A stretch of DNA of 64,000 nt from Candidatus Saccharimonadia bacterium (lineage in GTDB: Bacteria > Patescibacteriota > Saccharimonadia > UBA4664): assembly GCA_035544015.1 (NCBI GenBank), contig DATKIP010000093.1, positions 129,156-193,155 of the forward strand. The letters run 5' to 3'. Below the pieces are notes generated by a model, which saw only the letters and a program-made list of their open reading frames with translations, was not told the DNA's origin and searched no databases. This document shows positions 1-12,536 of the stretch, one piece after another (position 1 is the stretch's first letter; the number at the start of each line of letters is the position of its first letter). The position numbers and the translations under genes are program-made.

Positions 1-1374
<1,374 letters not shown>

Positions 1375-1388
1375 CATTTAGGACCGTT

Positions 1389-1805
1389 ATGCCTACCATC
1401 AACCAATTGCTGCGCAAGCCCCGTAAGGACCCGAAGAAAAAGTCGGATACCCCTGCGCTCGGCCGCATCCAGAACTCTCTGAAGAACCGCACCTACAACC
1501 TCAATTCGCCGTTCATGCGCGGCGTGTGTGTGAAGGTGTCCACCCAGACCCCGAAGAAGCCAAACTCGGCCTTGCGTAAGATCGCCCGCGTGCGTCTTAC
1601 CAACGGCATGGAAGTCACGGCCTACATCCCCGGCATCGGCCACAACCTGCAAGAGCACTCCGTCGTGCTCATCCGCGGCGGCCGCGTGAAGGACCTTCCG
1701 GGTGTGCGCTACCACATCATCCGCGGAGCGCTCGACACCGCCGGTGTCGCCAAGCGCGCCCAAGGCCGCAGCAAGTACGGCGCCAAGAAACCCAAAGCCG
1801 CTTAA
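1389..1805 (+). CDS. rpsL: 30S ribosomal protein S12
   Basis: [13 protein letters not shown]... 138 aa, canonical S12 sequence. Confidence 0.97.
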   Translation: MPTINQLLRKPRKDPKKKSDTPALGRIQNSLKNRTYNLNSPFMRGVCVKVSTQTPKKPNSALRKIARVRLTNGMEVTAYIPGIGHNLQEHSVVLIRGGRVKDLPGVRYHIIRGALDTAGVAKRAQGRSKYGAKKPKAA

Positions 1806-1875
1806 CTATTAATCCAAGCATCAACCGCCCGGCTGGTCCGGAACCAAGCGGTAGTATCTCAAAGGAGAGAAGCCA

Positions 1876-2352
1876 ATGCCCCGCAAGAAAACCAAGTCCT
1901 TCAAGCGCGTCGTCGACGCCGACCTCAAATACAACAACGTCATGGTCACCAAGCTCATCAACAAAGTGATGCGCGACGGTAAAAAGCGCCTCGCCGAGAC
2001 GCTGGTATACGATGCCCTCGAAACCGCCGAAACCAAAGCCAAGCAGCCCGCCCTCGAGATCTTCGATACTGCCATCAAAAATGTCGCCCCGGCCGTACAG
2101 GTGAAAGCCAAGCGCATCGGTGGCGCCACCTACCAGGTCCCCATGGAAGTCCGCGGCGACCGCAAAGTCCACTTGGCCATGACCTGGATCCTGGCCGCCG
2201 CCCGCACCAAAAGCGGCAAAGCCTTCGACCAGCGCCTCGCCGATGAACTCATGAATGCCGCCAACAACACCGGCGACGCCGTCAAAAAGCGCGAAGACAC
2301 CCACCGCATGGCCGAAGCCAACAAGGCCTTTGCCCACTTCGCCCGCTACTAA
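1876..2352 (+). CDS. rpsG: 30S ribosomal protein S7
   Basis: MPRKKTKSFKRVV...TKLINKVMRDGKK; 158 aa. Confidence 0.97.
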   Translation: MPRKKTKSFKRVVDADLKYNNVMVTKLINKVMRDGKKRLAETLVYDALETAETKAKQPALEIFDTAIKNVAPAVQVKAKRIGGATYQVPMEVRGDRKVHLAMTWILAAARTKSGKAFDQRLADELMNAANNTGDAVKKREDTHRMAEANKAFAHFARY

Positions 2353-2370
2353 GCCTCCAGCTTAAGTGCT

Positions 2371-2814
2371 ATGCTTAAGGCCATGAAGTCTGCGCGCCTT
2401 AGCGACACCACCTATGCCCTCCGGCTCGAGCGCGGTGACGACATCCATACCGTCGTCCAGGAATTTTGCGCCGAGCATACCATCGCCAACGCCTCGCTCA
2501 CCGGCATCGGCTCAATCGAAAACCCCAAGCTAGCTTACTACTCCATCGAGACCAAGCAATTCACCGAACGCCCCCTCGACGGCATCTTCGAGGTCACGAG
2601 CCTGCTCGGCAACGTTGGTCTACTCGAAGGTAAACCGCTCAACCACGTACACGTCACCCTGTCCGACTCGCTCATGCAGGTCTACGGCGGCCACCTCGTG
2701 AGCGGCGCCTGCTCGGCTACGCTCGAAATCTTTCTGCACCAGTACGCCACCAGCTTTGGCAAACAGTTCGACGATGCTATCGGCCTCAATGTTTGGGATT
2801 TCGGCTCCCATTAA
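2371..2814 (+). CDS. PPC/DUF296 domain protein (predicted PD1-like DNA-binding fold)
   Basis: pattern VVQEFCAEHTI..SLTGIGSI..YY..FEVTSLLGN..H.HVTL..GGHL..ATLEIFL matches PPC/DUF296 family. Confidence 0.6.
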   Translation: MLKAMKSARLSDTTYALRLERGDDIHTVVQEFCAEHTIANASLTGIGSIENPKLAYYSIETKQFTERPLDGIFEVTSLLGNVGLLEGKPLNHVHVTLSDSLMQVYGGHLVSGACSATLEIFLHQYATSFGKQFDDAIGLNVWDFGSH

Positions 2815-3014
2815 AATATTACCCCGGATGGGATTTCCGACCTAAACCCACTACTCCATTTTACGGAATAGTCGCACAATATTGAAGAATAATACCCGTA
2901 CAAAGCCTTAATTCAGTTATACGCCAACAACTATTCCAAAAGGTGGAATAGTACTCCTGCGGCCACAACCCAAGCAGTAACGGCCGCGCGAAGTCCCCCT
3001 CTATAAGGAAATTC

Positions 3015-4667
3015 ATGCTCATCAATCTCCAAAACATCGGCAAAACCATCGGCGCCAAGACGCTCTACGCCAACCTCGACCTCACCATCCAGGCGGGAGA
3101 AAAGATCGGCCTCATCGGCCGCAACGGCATCGGAAAAACCACCCTGCTGGGCATCATGGACGGTACCGACTCGAGCTTCACCGGCAGCCTAGAAACCCGG
3201 CGCGGCCTGGTGGTTGCCTCCACCGCCCAAGAGCACCACGCGGTGGCCGACCAGCCGGTGCTGGAATACGTGCTCGAAAACCTCCCCGAGTACAAGCAGC
3301 TCAAGCACATCATTGACGCCTACCCGGAGACGATGGGGGAGGACATGGCCATGATTTCTGCCTACTCCGACGCGTTAAGCCGCTTCGGCGAGCTGGGCTA
3401 CTACGATATCGAGCAGCGCGCCCGCCAGGAGCTCGAAGACTTCCAGCTGCCGGCCGCCCGCATCGACGGCCCCATGCGCACGCTCTCAGGCGGCCAAAAG
3501 CGCTTCGTGGAACTCGTGAAGGTCACGCTGGCCGACGCCGACCTCGCGCTCATCGACGAGCCCACCAACCACATGGACTACATCGCCAAAGAGGCCTTCA
3601 TCGAATGGCTCGAAGCTGCTAAGCAGGCTGTGGTGGTCATCACCCACGACCGCGATGTGCTGGCCGTAGTCGACCGCATCGTTGAAATCAAAGACAAAGG
3701 CACGGTCAGCTTCGACGGCGACTACGAAAACTACCTCAAGCAAAACGGCCGCACCACCATGAACGCTATGGAGCAGTACGAATTTGACCAGCGCACCCTG
3801 TCTAACCTGCACAACCAGGTGATGGAGGCTCGGCGCAAGAAAAACAAAGCTGCCGGCCCCAGTGCTGTGCGGTTTCGCATTATGGAAGACCGCCTGGCGC
3901 GCCAATATAGCGAGCTCAAAAGCCGCATCGTAAAGCCGTCGTTTTGGATTGATTCCGAGCAGCTCGACACCATGCAAAACAAAATGGTCGAAAAATACGA
4001 CAAATACAAAGCCAAAAACATTCGCATTCACACCAAGGAAATCACCGAAGGCCAGCGTGTGCTCGTAGACGTCGAGAACCTCTCGCTCGGCTACGATCAA
4101 CCCTTGTTTGCCGGCATCAACCTTCACCTCCGCCAGGGCGAGCGCATCGAGCTCAAGGGCCGCAACGGCGTCGGTAAATCCACGTTCGTGAAGGCCATCC
4201 TCTCGACGGCCGGCAGCACCAAGCTTGGCTCCCAGATTTTCGGCGGCCATATCATTCTCGATCCCAAGATCAAAATCGGCGTCTACGAGCAAGAAATTGA
4301 CGCCAAATACCTCAGTATGCCCCTCGGTCAGGCCGTCATGAATACCTATCTCGAGCAAGATGTGCCAGCCAGCGACCAAAAAGTCCGCCAGATTTTATCC
4401 GACTATCTATTTGATCCCCAGCTCGACGCGCAGCTGCCCATCGAGCGCCTCTCTGGCGGCCAAAAAGCCCGCTTCCAGCTCATCAAAATGCTCTGCGCCG
4501 GTCCCAACCTGCTCATTCTCGACGAGCCCACCAACCACCTCGACCTTCCGAGTATCGAAGAACTCGAAAAAGCCCTCGACCGCTATACCGGCGCGGTGCT
4601 CTACATTTCGCACGATAGCTATTTCACCCGCGGTGTGGGTGGGGAAGTTATTGAAGTTGCGCCTTAA
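3015..4667 (+). CDS. ABC-F family ATPase (EttA/Uup/ARE-like translation-associated factor)
   Basis: two ABC cassettes (GRNGIGKTT / LSGGQKRF / LIDEPTNHMD and GRNGVGKST / LSGGQKARF / LILDEPTNHLD) joined by ~90 aa basic linker, no TM domain. Confidence 0.9.
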   Translation: MLINLQNIGKTIGAKTLYANLDLTIQAGEKIGLIGRNGIGKTTLLGIMDGTDSSFTGSLETRRGLVVASTAQEHHAVADQPVLEYVLENLPEYKQLKHIIDAYPETMGEDMAMISAYSDALSRFGELGYYDIEQRARQELEDFQLPAARIDGPMRTLSGGQKRFVELVKVTLADADLALIDEPTNHMDYIAKEAFIEWLEAAKQAVVVITHDRDVLAVVDRIVEIKDKGTVSFDGDYENYLKQNGRTTMNAMEQYEFDQRTLSNLHNQVMEARRKKNKAAGPSAVRFRIMEDRLARQYSELKSRIVKPSFWIDSEQLDTMQNKMVEKYDKYKAKNIRIHTKEITEGQRVLVDVENLSLGYDQPLFAGINLHLRQGERIELKGRNGVGKSTFVKAILSTAGSTKLGSQIFGGHIILDPKIKIGVYEQEIDAKYLSMPLGQAVMNTYLEQDVPASDQKVRQILSDYLFDPQLDAQLPIERLSGGQKARFQLIKMLCAGPNLLILDEPTNHLDLPSIEELEKALDRYTGAVLYISHDSYFTRGVGGEVIEVAP

Positions 4668-4905
4668 GCTGGCGGATATCCGCGGAACTTTGTTTAACCA
4701 GGCTCTTAATGACCGTTAAATCCAGTTCAACTCCATCCATCCGGTCTTCCAATCTGCCCAACCGCAGCCGCATATCTGGAATGTCTTTCACATATTCCAA
4801 AATAGCATCAAACTTACCGTTCATTTCCTCAAACAAAACCAAAATACGCGCAGGTTCTTTCATATCATCCCCATTTGTTCCTAGTTTACCAACTCTGCCC
4901 GCCAA
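4648..4905 (-). CDS. small hypothetical protein (85 aa) in AT-richer segment
   Basis: ORF only; converges on ABC-F stop; no recognisable family. Confidence 0.3.
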   Translation of the reverse strand: MAGRVGKLGTNGDDMKEPARILVLFEEMNGKFDAILEYVKDIPDMRLRLGRLEDRMDGVELDLTVIKSLVKQSSADIRQLKAQLQ

Positions 4906-4963
4906 ATATACCGAACAAAATACGAAAATACAATATTAATTTCAATCGGATATAATAAGCTCA

Positions 4964-5554
4964 ATGAGAACTATTTTACCTGCCAAACACCGCCTCATCC
5001 CCAGCCAAGCCAAGCGCGTCTTCCAGGGCCAAATTTATGACGTCTACCAATGGCCGCAGGAGATGTTCGACGGCTCCACGGCCACCTTCGAAATGCTCAA
5101 GCGGCCCGACACGATTCAAATTATGGCCGTCAAAGACCACAAACTCGTGGTGCTCGAGGAGCAGCAGCCGAGCATGGGGCCGGCCTTTTACGGCCTGCCC
5201 GGGGGCCGCCACGACAATCCCGCCGAAACCGAGCTCGACGCCGCCAAGCGCGAGCTGCTCGAAGAGACCGGCATGACATTCACCAACTGGCGCCTCATTG
5301 AGGTCACCCAGCCGCACTCCAAAATCGACTGGATGGTGTATTTGTATCTGGCTACGGATTTCGAATCGCAGGGGCCGATCCACCTCGATGCCGGCGAGAA
5401 AATCGAGGTAAGTCTCATGGATTATTCGCAGGTACTGGGCCTGGCCAAAGACGATTCCGTGCGCAGCCTGCCGTTCGAGATTCTCCAAACCGCCGGCTCC
5501 CTCGATGGCTTGACGAAACTACCCCAATTTGGCGTGGTAAACTCGAAGCTATGA
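4964..5554 (+). CDS. NUDIX hydrolase
   Basis: Nudix box GGRHDNPAETELDAAKRELLEETG. Confidence 0.85.
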   Translation: MRTILPAKHRLIPSQAKRVFQGQIYDVYQWPQEMFDGSTATFEMLKRPDTIQIMAVKDHKLVVLEEQQPSMGPAFYGLPGGRHDNPAETELDAAKRELLEETGMTFTNWRLIEVTQPHSKIDWMVYLYLATDFESQGPIHLDAGEKIEVSLMDYSQVLGLAKDDSVRSLPFEILQTAGSLDGLTKLPQFGVVNSKL

Positions 5555-6966
5555 CGGGCCACCTCTATTTCATCGGCATCGCCGGCCACACCATGCGCGG
5601 CCTCGCGCTGGCCGCCCGCGACAACGGCTACACAGTGACCGGCCTCGACCCGAGCGCCGTGCCCCCCGGCAGCACCTGGCTCGACGAGCACGGCTTCGAC
5701 TGGGCGGCCGAGTACGAACCGGCGCAGCTCAAGGGCGTCACGGCCGTCATTGTCACCGGGGCGCACGTCAGCGCCGACGCGCCGGTGATCGTTGAGGCCC
5801 GCGAACGCGGCATTCCGGTGCAATCGTACGCCGAATTCTTCGGCCACCTCACCGCCCGCGCCCGCGTGATCGCCGTGGCCGGCACCCACGGCAAAACCAC
5901 CACCACGGCGCTCATCGCGTGGTTGTTCGAATCGGCCGGCCGCCGGCCCGATTACCTCATCGGCATTCAGCCGTTTAACTTTGCCACCAGCGTGCGCTTC
6001 GCCGGCGCCGCTGACGTCGTGGTGGAAGCCGATGAGTACCAGGCTTCGGCGCTCGATACGCGCTCCAAGGCCGAATATTACCACCCCGACATTCTCGTGC
6101 TCACCTCGGTGGAGCACGATCACCCCGACCTGTTTCCTGATCTCGCCTCGGTGGAGGCGCGGTTTGCCAAAATCGTGGCGGCCGTACCCTCCTCGGGCGC
6201 CGTTATTGCCTGTGCCGAGGCCAAAAACACCGTGCTCATCGCCTCCGGGACGTCCGCGTCGCTCGCCACCTACGGCTTCAAAACCGGCGATTTCCACGCC
6301 CGCAACATCGCTTATTTGCCCCAAGGCCTCGAGCTCGAGGTGGAGCACGACGGCGAGGTGCTCGGCCACCTGGCCGTATCGCTCTATGGCAAGCACAACG
6401 CGCTCAATACTCTCGCTGCCGTGGCCGCCGCCCTCCAGGCCGGCTTGAGCTTCGATCAAATCCTGGCCGGCGTCGCCTCGTTCAAGGGCGCCTACCGCCG
6501 CTTTAACCTCATCACCCCGGCCGAAGCCGATATCACCGTCGTCGATGATTACGCCCACCACCCCACCGAAGTCGCTACCACCATCGAGGCCGCCAAATTG
6601 CATTTTCCTGGCCGCCGCATCGTGGTAATTTTCCGCCCGCACACCTACTCGCGTACCAAAGCCCTGCTCCGCGACTACCAGGGCGCTTTCGGCCAGGCCA
6701 ACATCGCCTACATCACCGACATCGAAGGCGCGCGCGAAGCCGGCACTCAGACCACCGTGAGCGGCCGCGACATCTCGGGCGCCCTCAAAATCCCCGCCCA
6801 CTACGAGCCCGATCGCACTCAGCTCGCCACGCGGGTAGTCTCAGATGCCAAGCCGGGAGACGTTATCCTCTGTCTCACCGTCTCCGGCTACGACGATCTG
6901 GCCGAAGAGCTCGCCCACAACACGACGAAGCCCGCCACCGACGAGGGTGGTGGGCTTCGTCGGTAA
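5551..6966 (+). CDS. Mur ligase family protein (Mpl-type murein peptide ligase / MurC-like)
   Basis: N-terminus YFIGIAGHTMRGLALAARDNGYTVTGLD, AVAGTHGKTTTT P-loop, EADEY, DHPD motifs; start overlaps NUDIX stop (ATGA). Confidence 0.85.
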   Translation: MTGHLYFIGIAGHTMRGLALAARDNGYTVTGLDPSAVPPGSTWLDEHGFDWAAEYEPAQLKGVTAVIVTGAHVSADAPVIVEARERGIPVQSYAEFFGHLTARARVIAVAGTHGKTTTTALIAWLFESAGRRPDYLIGIQPFNFATSVRFAGAADVVVEADEYQASALDTRSKAEYYHPDILVLTSVEHDHPDLFPDLASVEARFAKIVAAVPSSGAVIACAEAKNTVLIASGTSASLATYGFKTGDFHARNIAYLPQGLELEVEHDGEVLGHLAVSLYGKHNALNTLAAVAAALQAGLSFDQILAGVASFKGAYRRFNLITPAEADITVVDDYAHHPTEVATTIEAAKLHFPGRRIVVIFRPHTYSRTKALLRDYQGAFGQANIAYITDIEGAREAGTQTTVSGRDISGALKIPAHYEPDRTQLATRVVSDAKPGDVILCLTVSGYDDLAEELAHNTTKPATDEGGGLRR

Positions 6967-6992
6967 CGGGCAGTGATGTAGTGATCGTGTAG

Positions 6993-8357
6993 CTAGGCCG
7001 CCAGGCGGTTGTGGGACTCGAGGAGCCGCACCATGCCGTAGGCCGGGCCTGCGAGGGTCGACGTGAGGTCTGGCGTGCGGCGCCATAGCTCGAACATGCC
7101 CCTCAGATCGGCCAGTGCCGTCGCTTCGGCTTGCGCCAACACCTCCCGCTGCGTTGGCGGAGCCAAGCGAGTCGCGCCGGCCGGCCGGAGGTTGTACTCC
7201 AGCTCCATGGCCGACACATCCATCCCGCCGGACCCACAGAGGATGCCCGAGAGCACGTCCACATTCGGCTTGGTAGCCAGAACCTGAGCGGCGCCATAGG
7301 TCACCCCGAAGTTCGACGGTTCGGCCACGATGCGGGCGTTCACCCGGTGTGCGTTGCCGTCGTTGACGGCCATTTCGCCGGCCGCCAGCACGAGGGCCGT
7401 GGTATTGGCCCCGATGACATCAGCCGAGGCGAAGGGCTCGCCGCCGGGGAATGTGCTGAGCGGGTTGCGATCGCGCATCCAGCTCAGGAGCTCCTCTACA
7501 TTGAGACCGTTCGGGTCGAACCGGCCGCCATCCACCTCGGCGACCATGGGGATGCGCCAGCCGAGCTCGTTCAGCCGATAGGCCAGATGCCACCCGACCT
7601 TGCCGAGACCCTGGATGGCCGCCGTCCGGTTGGAGCGCGGAATGCCGAGCAAGTCGGCAAACCGGTCCAGCAGTACGGCACACACGTGGCCGGTGCTTTG
7701 GGGTCGCCCCTCGTATCCTCCCAGTCCCAGCGGCTGGCCGGTGACCAGCGCGAAGGGGTATTCGGGGTAGTGGTCTTGGATCGCGCACCGGTAGGCATCC
7801 ATCTCCCACTCCCCGGTGCCCATGTCGGGCGCCGGAACGTCGTTGAGCGGACCGGCGATGCCGAGCTCGTGCATCTTGAGCGCGAAGCCCGCCATCAGCC
7901 GCTGCCTTTCGGCGGGCGAGAGCGTCAGCGGGTCGACCTCCACGCCACCCTTGGCGCCGTAGAACGGCCGTCCGCGAGCGGCGCACTTGAACATCATGAG
8001 AATCGCCAGGGCGGCGGCCTCGTAGCGGTCCATCACCGCCGCGAACTTCAGGCCGCCCTTCACGGCCCATCGGTTGAGTCCGGAGGCGTCCGCGAAGGCG
8101 CCGGGGCGGCACCACACACGGAACGCGTTGTACCGTTGCACGGAGCCGTTGTCGCGGTGGAGCGTCACGGTGAACTCGTACACCAGGAAGTGTCCGAGCA
8201 CGAACTGCGCTTGCTCCGAGGTGAGTCCGAGGGCCGTGAGGGCGCACACGAGCATGGCGCGCACTTCGTTGAGGAACCTCCAGCCGTGAGTGCGGGTGCT
8301 GGGTCGTTCGAGTAGTTCGCCCAGCGTCGTTGCTGTGACCGAGTCGGTGGCCGTCAT
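6993..8357 (-). CDS. Glu/Leu/Phe/Val dehydrogenase family amino-acid dehydrogenase (divergent)
   Basis: catalytic Gly/Lys region YGAKGGVEVDP, DVPAPDMGTGEWEM, Rossmann IQGLGKVGWHLA; SD AGGAGC 6 nt upstream of ATG at 8357. Confidence 0.7.
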   Translation of the reverse strand: MTATDSVTATTLGELLERPSTRTHGWRFLNEVRAMLVCALTALGLTSEQAQFVLGHFLVYEFTVTLHRDNGSVQRYNAFRVWCRPGAFADASGLNRWAVKGGLKFAAVMDRYEAAALAILMMFKCAARGRPFYGAKGGVEVDPLTLSPAERQRLMAGFALKMHELGIAGPLNDVPAPDMGTGEWEMDAYRCAIQDHYPEYPFALVTGQPLGLGGYEGRPQSTGHVCAVLLDRFADLLGIPRSNRTAAIQGLGKVGWHLAYRLNELGWRIPMVAEVDGGRFDPNGLNVEELLSWMRDRNPLSTFPGGEPFASADVIGANTTALVLAAGEMAVNDGNAHRVNARIVAEPSNFGVTYGAAQVLATKPNVDVLSGILCGSGGMDVSAMELEYNLRPAGATRLAPPTQREVLAQAEATALADLRGMFELWRRTPDLTSTLAGPAYGMVRLLESHNRLAA

Positions 8358-8503
8358 GTCAAGCTCCTGGTCCAGGCCGTTGGGAAGTTAGGCCGAGATT
8401 AAGCTACGCCTATCTGGAAAAAGTGTCAATAAAAAGGCCTCATTGGCGCTCAAATATTATCATTTCGCACAAATGTATCTGGTCCCGCCCCCGCACAGAT
8501 AGC

Positions 8504-8532
8504 TTGAAAAATTCGGCCACAACCAGTACAAT
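8504..8532 (+). promoter_or_regulatory. sigma70-like promoter of fusA (TTGAAA-17-TACAAT)
   Basis: -35 TTGAAA 8504-8509, 17-nt spacer, -10 TACAAT 8527-8532, ~70 nt upstream of fusA ATG. Confidence 0.6.
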
Positions 8533-8544
8533 GATTGCAACCAG

Positions 8545-8573
8545 TGCGCACTGCGCTGTTTTGTTTTGCGCAC
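8545..8573 (+). promoter_or_regulatory. 5'-proximal stem-loop in fusA leader (GTGCGCA-15 nt-TGCGCAC)
   Basis: perfect 7-bp inverted repeat immediately downstream of predicted TSS. Confidence 0.4.
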
Positions 8574-8603
8574 ACATAACTATAAGAGGAATTAACCACC
8601 CCC

Positions 8604-10694
<2,091 letters not shown>

Positions 10695-10713
10695 GCCTCA
10701 CCCACAATTTCCT

Positions 10714-10740
10714 TAAAAAGGCCCGCCAGGGCCTTTTTAA
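10714..10740. terminator. bidirectional rho-independent terminator after fusA
   Basis: AAAAAGGCCC-GCCA-GGGCCTTTTT. Confidence 0.7.
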
Positions 10741-10820
10741 GTTCGCCCCAATGTGATATAAAAGGCGGCGTGCCATAACAGCACGCACCTGTCCGCTCCA
10801 GTGCGAGAAGGAGACCAGTC

Positions 10821-10865
10821 ATGAGTCCCGAACTTCCCCGCCCACCCCGGGCGGGCCAACGGTGA
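10821..10865 (+). other. 14-codon upstream ORF (MSPELPRPPRAGQR) translationally coupled to downstream gene
   Basis: SD GAAGGAG 7 nt upstream of ATG 10821; stop TGA overlaps GTG start of next CDS (GTGA); CCCGCCC-accc-GGGCGGG hairpin inside. Confidence 0.3.
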
Positions 10866-11440
10866 AGAAACTCGTACACTGGGTGAGTGTGGCCGCGTTC
10901 GCGGGAATGTCGGTGATCGTGCTCAGCAACGCGGTCACGCAGGGTCCCCCCAACACGGCCGTCTCTCCCCACGCCCTCCAGCTCGTGACCGGCAGTGGGA
11001 ATATCCTTGCCGTCAAGGTTATCCCGAACGGCTGCAGCTTTGAGCTGGTCGCGCCGAACGACGATACCCAGCTCGGCTGGCAGAACTTCACCGGCGTCGC
11101 CGCTCGCAAGCTGTGCCGCCCGTCCGCAGCCATCCGGGGCTCCCGCGTTTTTCCGGACAACTATGAAATTTCGACCGACCACCAGTTGGCCGTGTACTAC
11201 CGAGTCGTCGCCCGCCTCATGAAGGTGGAGGAATTCGATCAGTACAAGGGCACCTCGGACACCTATTGCACCATCACCTACCGTGGCCTCACTCCCGCCG
11301 CCGCCAAGGACTTCCCCAGCGTGCCGCTGGTACAGGACAAACAAACCTGCAAGAACATCCCGGAGGAAGGAATCGCCGCAATTACCGTGAAGACAGACAG
11401 CGTCCCGGCCACAGACGCGCACCTGGACGCGCACCTATGA
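10862..11440 (+). CDS. secreted hypothetical protein (N-terminal signal/TM)
   Basis: ORF with hydrophobic N-terminus; stop overlaps start of next small gene (ATGA). Confidence 0.5.
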   Translation: MKKLVHWVSVAAFAGMSVIVLSNAVTQGPPNTAVSPHALQLVTGSGNILAVKVIPNGCSFELVAPNDDTQLGWQNFTGVAARKLCRPSAAIRGSRVFPDNYEISTDHQLAVYYRVVARLMKVEEFDQYKGTSDTYCTITYRGLTPAAAKDFPSVPLVQDKQTCKNIPEEGIAAITVKTDSVPATDAHLDAHL

Positions 11441-11775
11441 GCAGGGATAGCTCGAGAGCAAAGGCGGGAATCTGGGTCAAGTTTGGGATCGGCATCGCGG
11501 CATTCTTGACCCTGCAATTCATCCTGCCGTCCACGATAGGAACCATGCCGCTCATACCCCGGACGTACGAGCACGGAACAGTCGTCGTCGCCGAACATCC
11601 CAAGCCGAGTACCTGCCGGTTTGAGCTGGCGCCCACCGGCGAGAAGCCGCACCATTGGACCGATGTCCTCAGCGGTGGAACGTGTCAGTCCCTCCGCGTC
11701 GGTTCGCACTATAAGCTGAAAACCGGATGGAACTTCACCATATTCCACACGTCTGAACGGATAGAGGGCACGTAA
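11437..11775 (+). CDS. small Cys-containing secreted/membrane-anchored protein, paralog 1 (EHP...C motif)
   Basis: N-terminal TM, motif VVVAEHPKPSTCRFELAP...C; paralogous to 11909 and 12210 ORFs. Confidence 0.45.
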   Translation: MSRDSSRAKAGIWVKFGIGIAAFLTLQFILPSTIGTMPLIPRTYEHGTVVVAEHPKPSTCRFELAPTGEKPHHWTDVLSGGTCQSLRVGSHYKLKTGWNFTIFHTSERIEGT

Positions 11776-11829
11776 GCCACCGGTCTCATCCCAAAAGACG
11801 GGGCCCTGGGCACGAACCCAGGGCCCACC

Positions 11830-11870
11830 CGCGATTTAGCGACAGCTAGATCGCGTTTTTGCTGTATAAT
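11830..11870 (+). repeat. 41-bp repeat element copy 1 (palindrome GCGATTTAGC..GCTAGATCGC + TATAAT)
   Basis: 38/41 identical to 12537-12577; preceded by GC hairpin GGGCCCTGGG..CCCAGGGCCC (11801-11826); TATAAT 38 nt upstream of next ATG. Confidence 0.7.
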
Positions 11871-11908
11871 GACCGCGTCCAGTCCACAGCGCGTTCGCGG
11901 GGGCGACC

Positions 11909-12178
11909 ATGCTAGTACGAAGAGTAGTAACGGCCATAATCTTAGTGCCGCCAACGTTCGTATTTGTGCTCACAGGCCTGCAGCACGTCACCAAAGAAAC
12001 CGGCACCGTCGTCACGATCGAACACCCCACGCCCACCACCTGCCAAATGGTGGTGGAACCCGATCACGGCAGCCGTCACCGGACGATCGTGTACCCGCGG
12101 GACGTCTGCGATCGGTTCTACCTTGGGCAAAATTACGCCCTGCACCTTGACGACCAGATCGTCCCGACCCATCCGTAA
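11909..12178 (+). CDS. small Cys-containing secreted/membrane-anchored protein, paralog 2
   Basis: TM then TVVTIEHPTPTTCQMVVEP...C. Confidence 0.45.
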   Translation: MLVRRVVTAIILVPPTFVFVLTGLQHVTKETGTVVTIEHPTPTTCQMVVEPDHGSRHRTIVYPRDVCDRFYLGQNYALHLDDQIVPTHP

Positions 12179-12209
12179 GAGCATCCTCTACCACACCCCG
12201 GGAGGGGCA

Positions 12210-12485
12210 ATGAAGCTTAGAGCAGTCGTAGCCGGAGTCGCATTGGCGATCGGTATAGGCTTCGCGGTGGCACATACTCCACCCGAGCACCGATATGAGC
12301 GCGGGAAGGTGGAAACCATCGAGCACCCGACCCGGGCGCCCAGCACCTGCCGGATGCTGCTCCGGCCCAATGACAACCCCAGCCATCCCTACTGGACGCC
12401 GGTGTACGCCGACGGCCACTTCTGCGATGCGTTCAAGGAAGGCGGCCCCTACATCCTGCTCATCAACGCTCTCAAGCCGCAGTGA
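12210..12485 (+). CDS. small Cys-containing secreted/membrane-anchored protein, paralog 3
   Basis: SD GGGAGGGG; TM then VETIEHPTRAPSTCRMLLRP...C. Confidence 0.45.
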   Translation: MKLRAVVAGVALAIGIGFAVAHTPPEHRYERGKVETIEHPTRAPSTCRMLLRPNDNPSHPYWTPVYADGHFCDAFKEGGPYILLINALKPQ

Positions 12486-12536
12486 GCAGCGGCATCACCC
12501 AAAGAGGGGGTCCGAGGGCAAAACCGCCTTGGACCC

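Noticed and set aside
2861-3058. 65-aa minus-strand ORF in the AT-rich region upstream of the ABC-F gene
   Set aside because: Lies in an obvious promoter/leader region and overlaps the ABC-F start. The GGAATAGT direct repeats there (2863-2871, 2943-2951) are more likely regulatory, but evidence is too weak to call a feature.
7131-8315. 394-aa plus-strand ORF, one of several long antisense ORFs (also 5422-6801, 3486-4379, 16837-18207, 9531-10367, 927-1763, 28918-30063, 32184-32996, 61115-62308)
   Set aside because: All lie antisense to well-supported genes (GDH-like, mpl, ABC-F, tuf, fusA, rpoC, rarA, rplD, aspS). Their products are Arg/Pro/Gly/Ala-rich with no motifs, typical of stop-codon-poor antisense frames in high-GC DNA.
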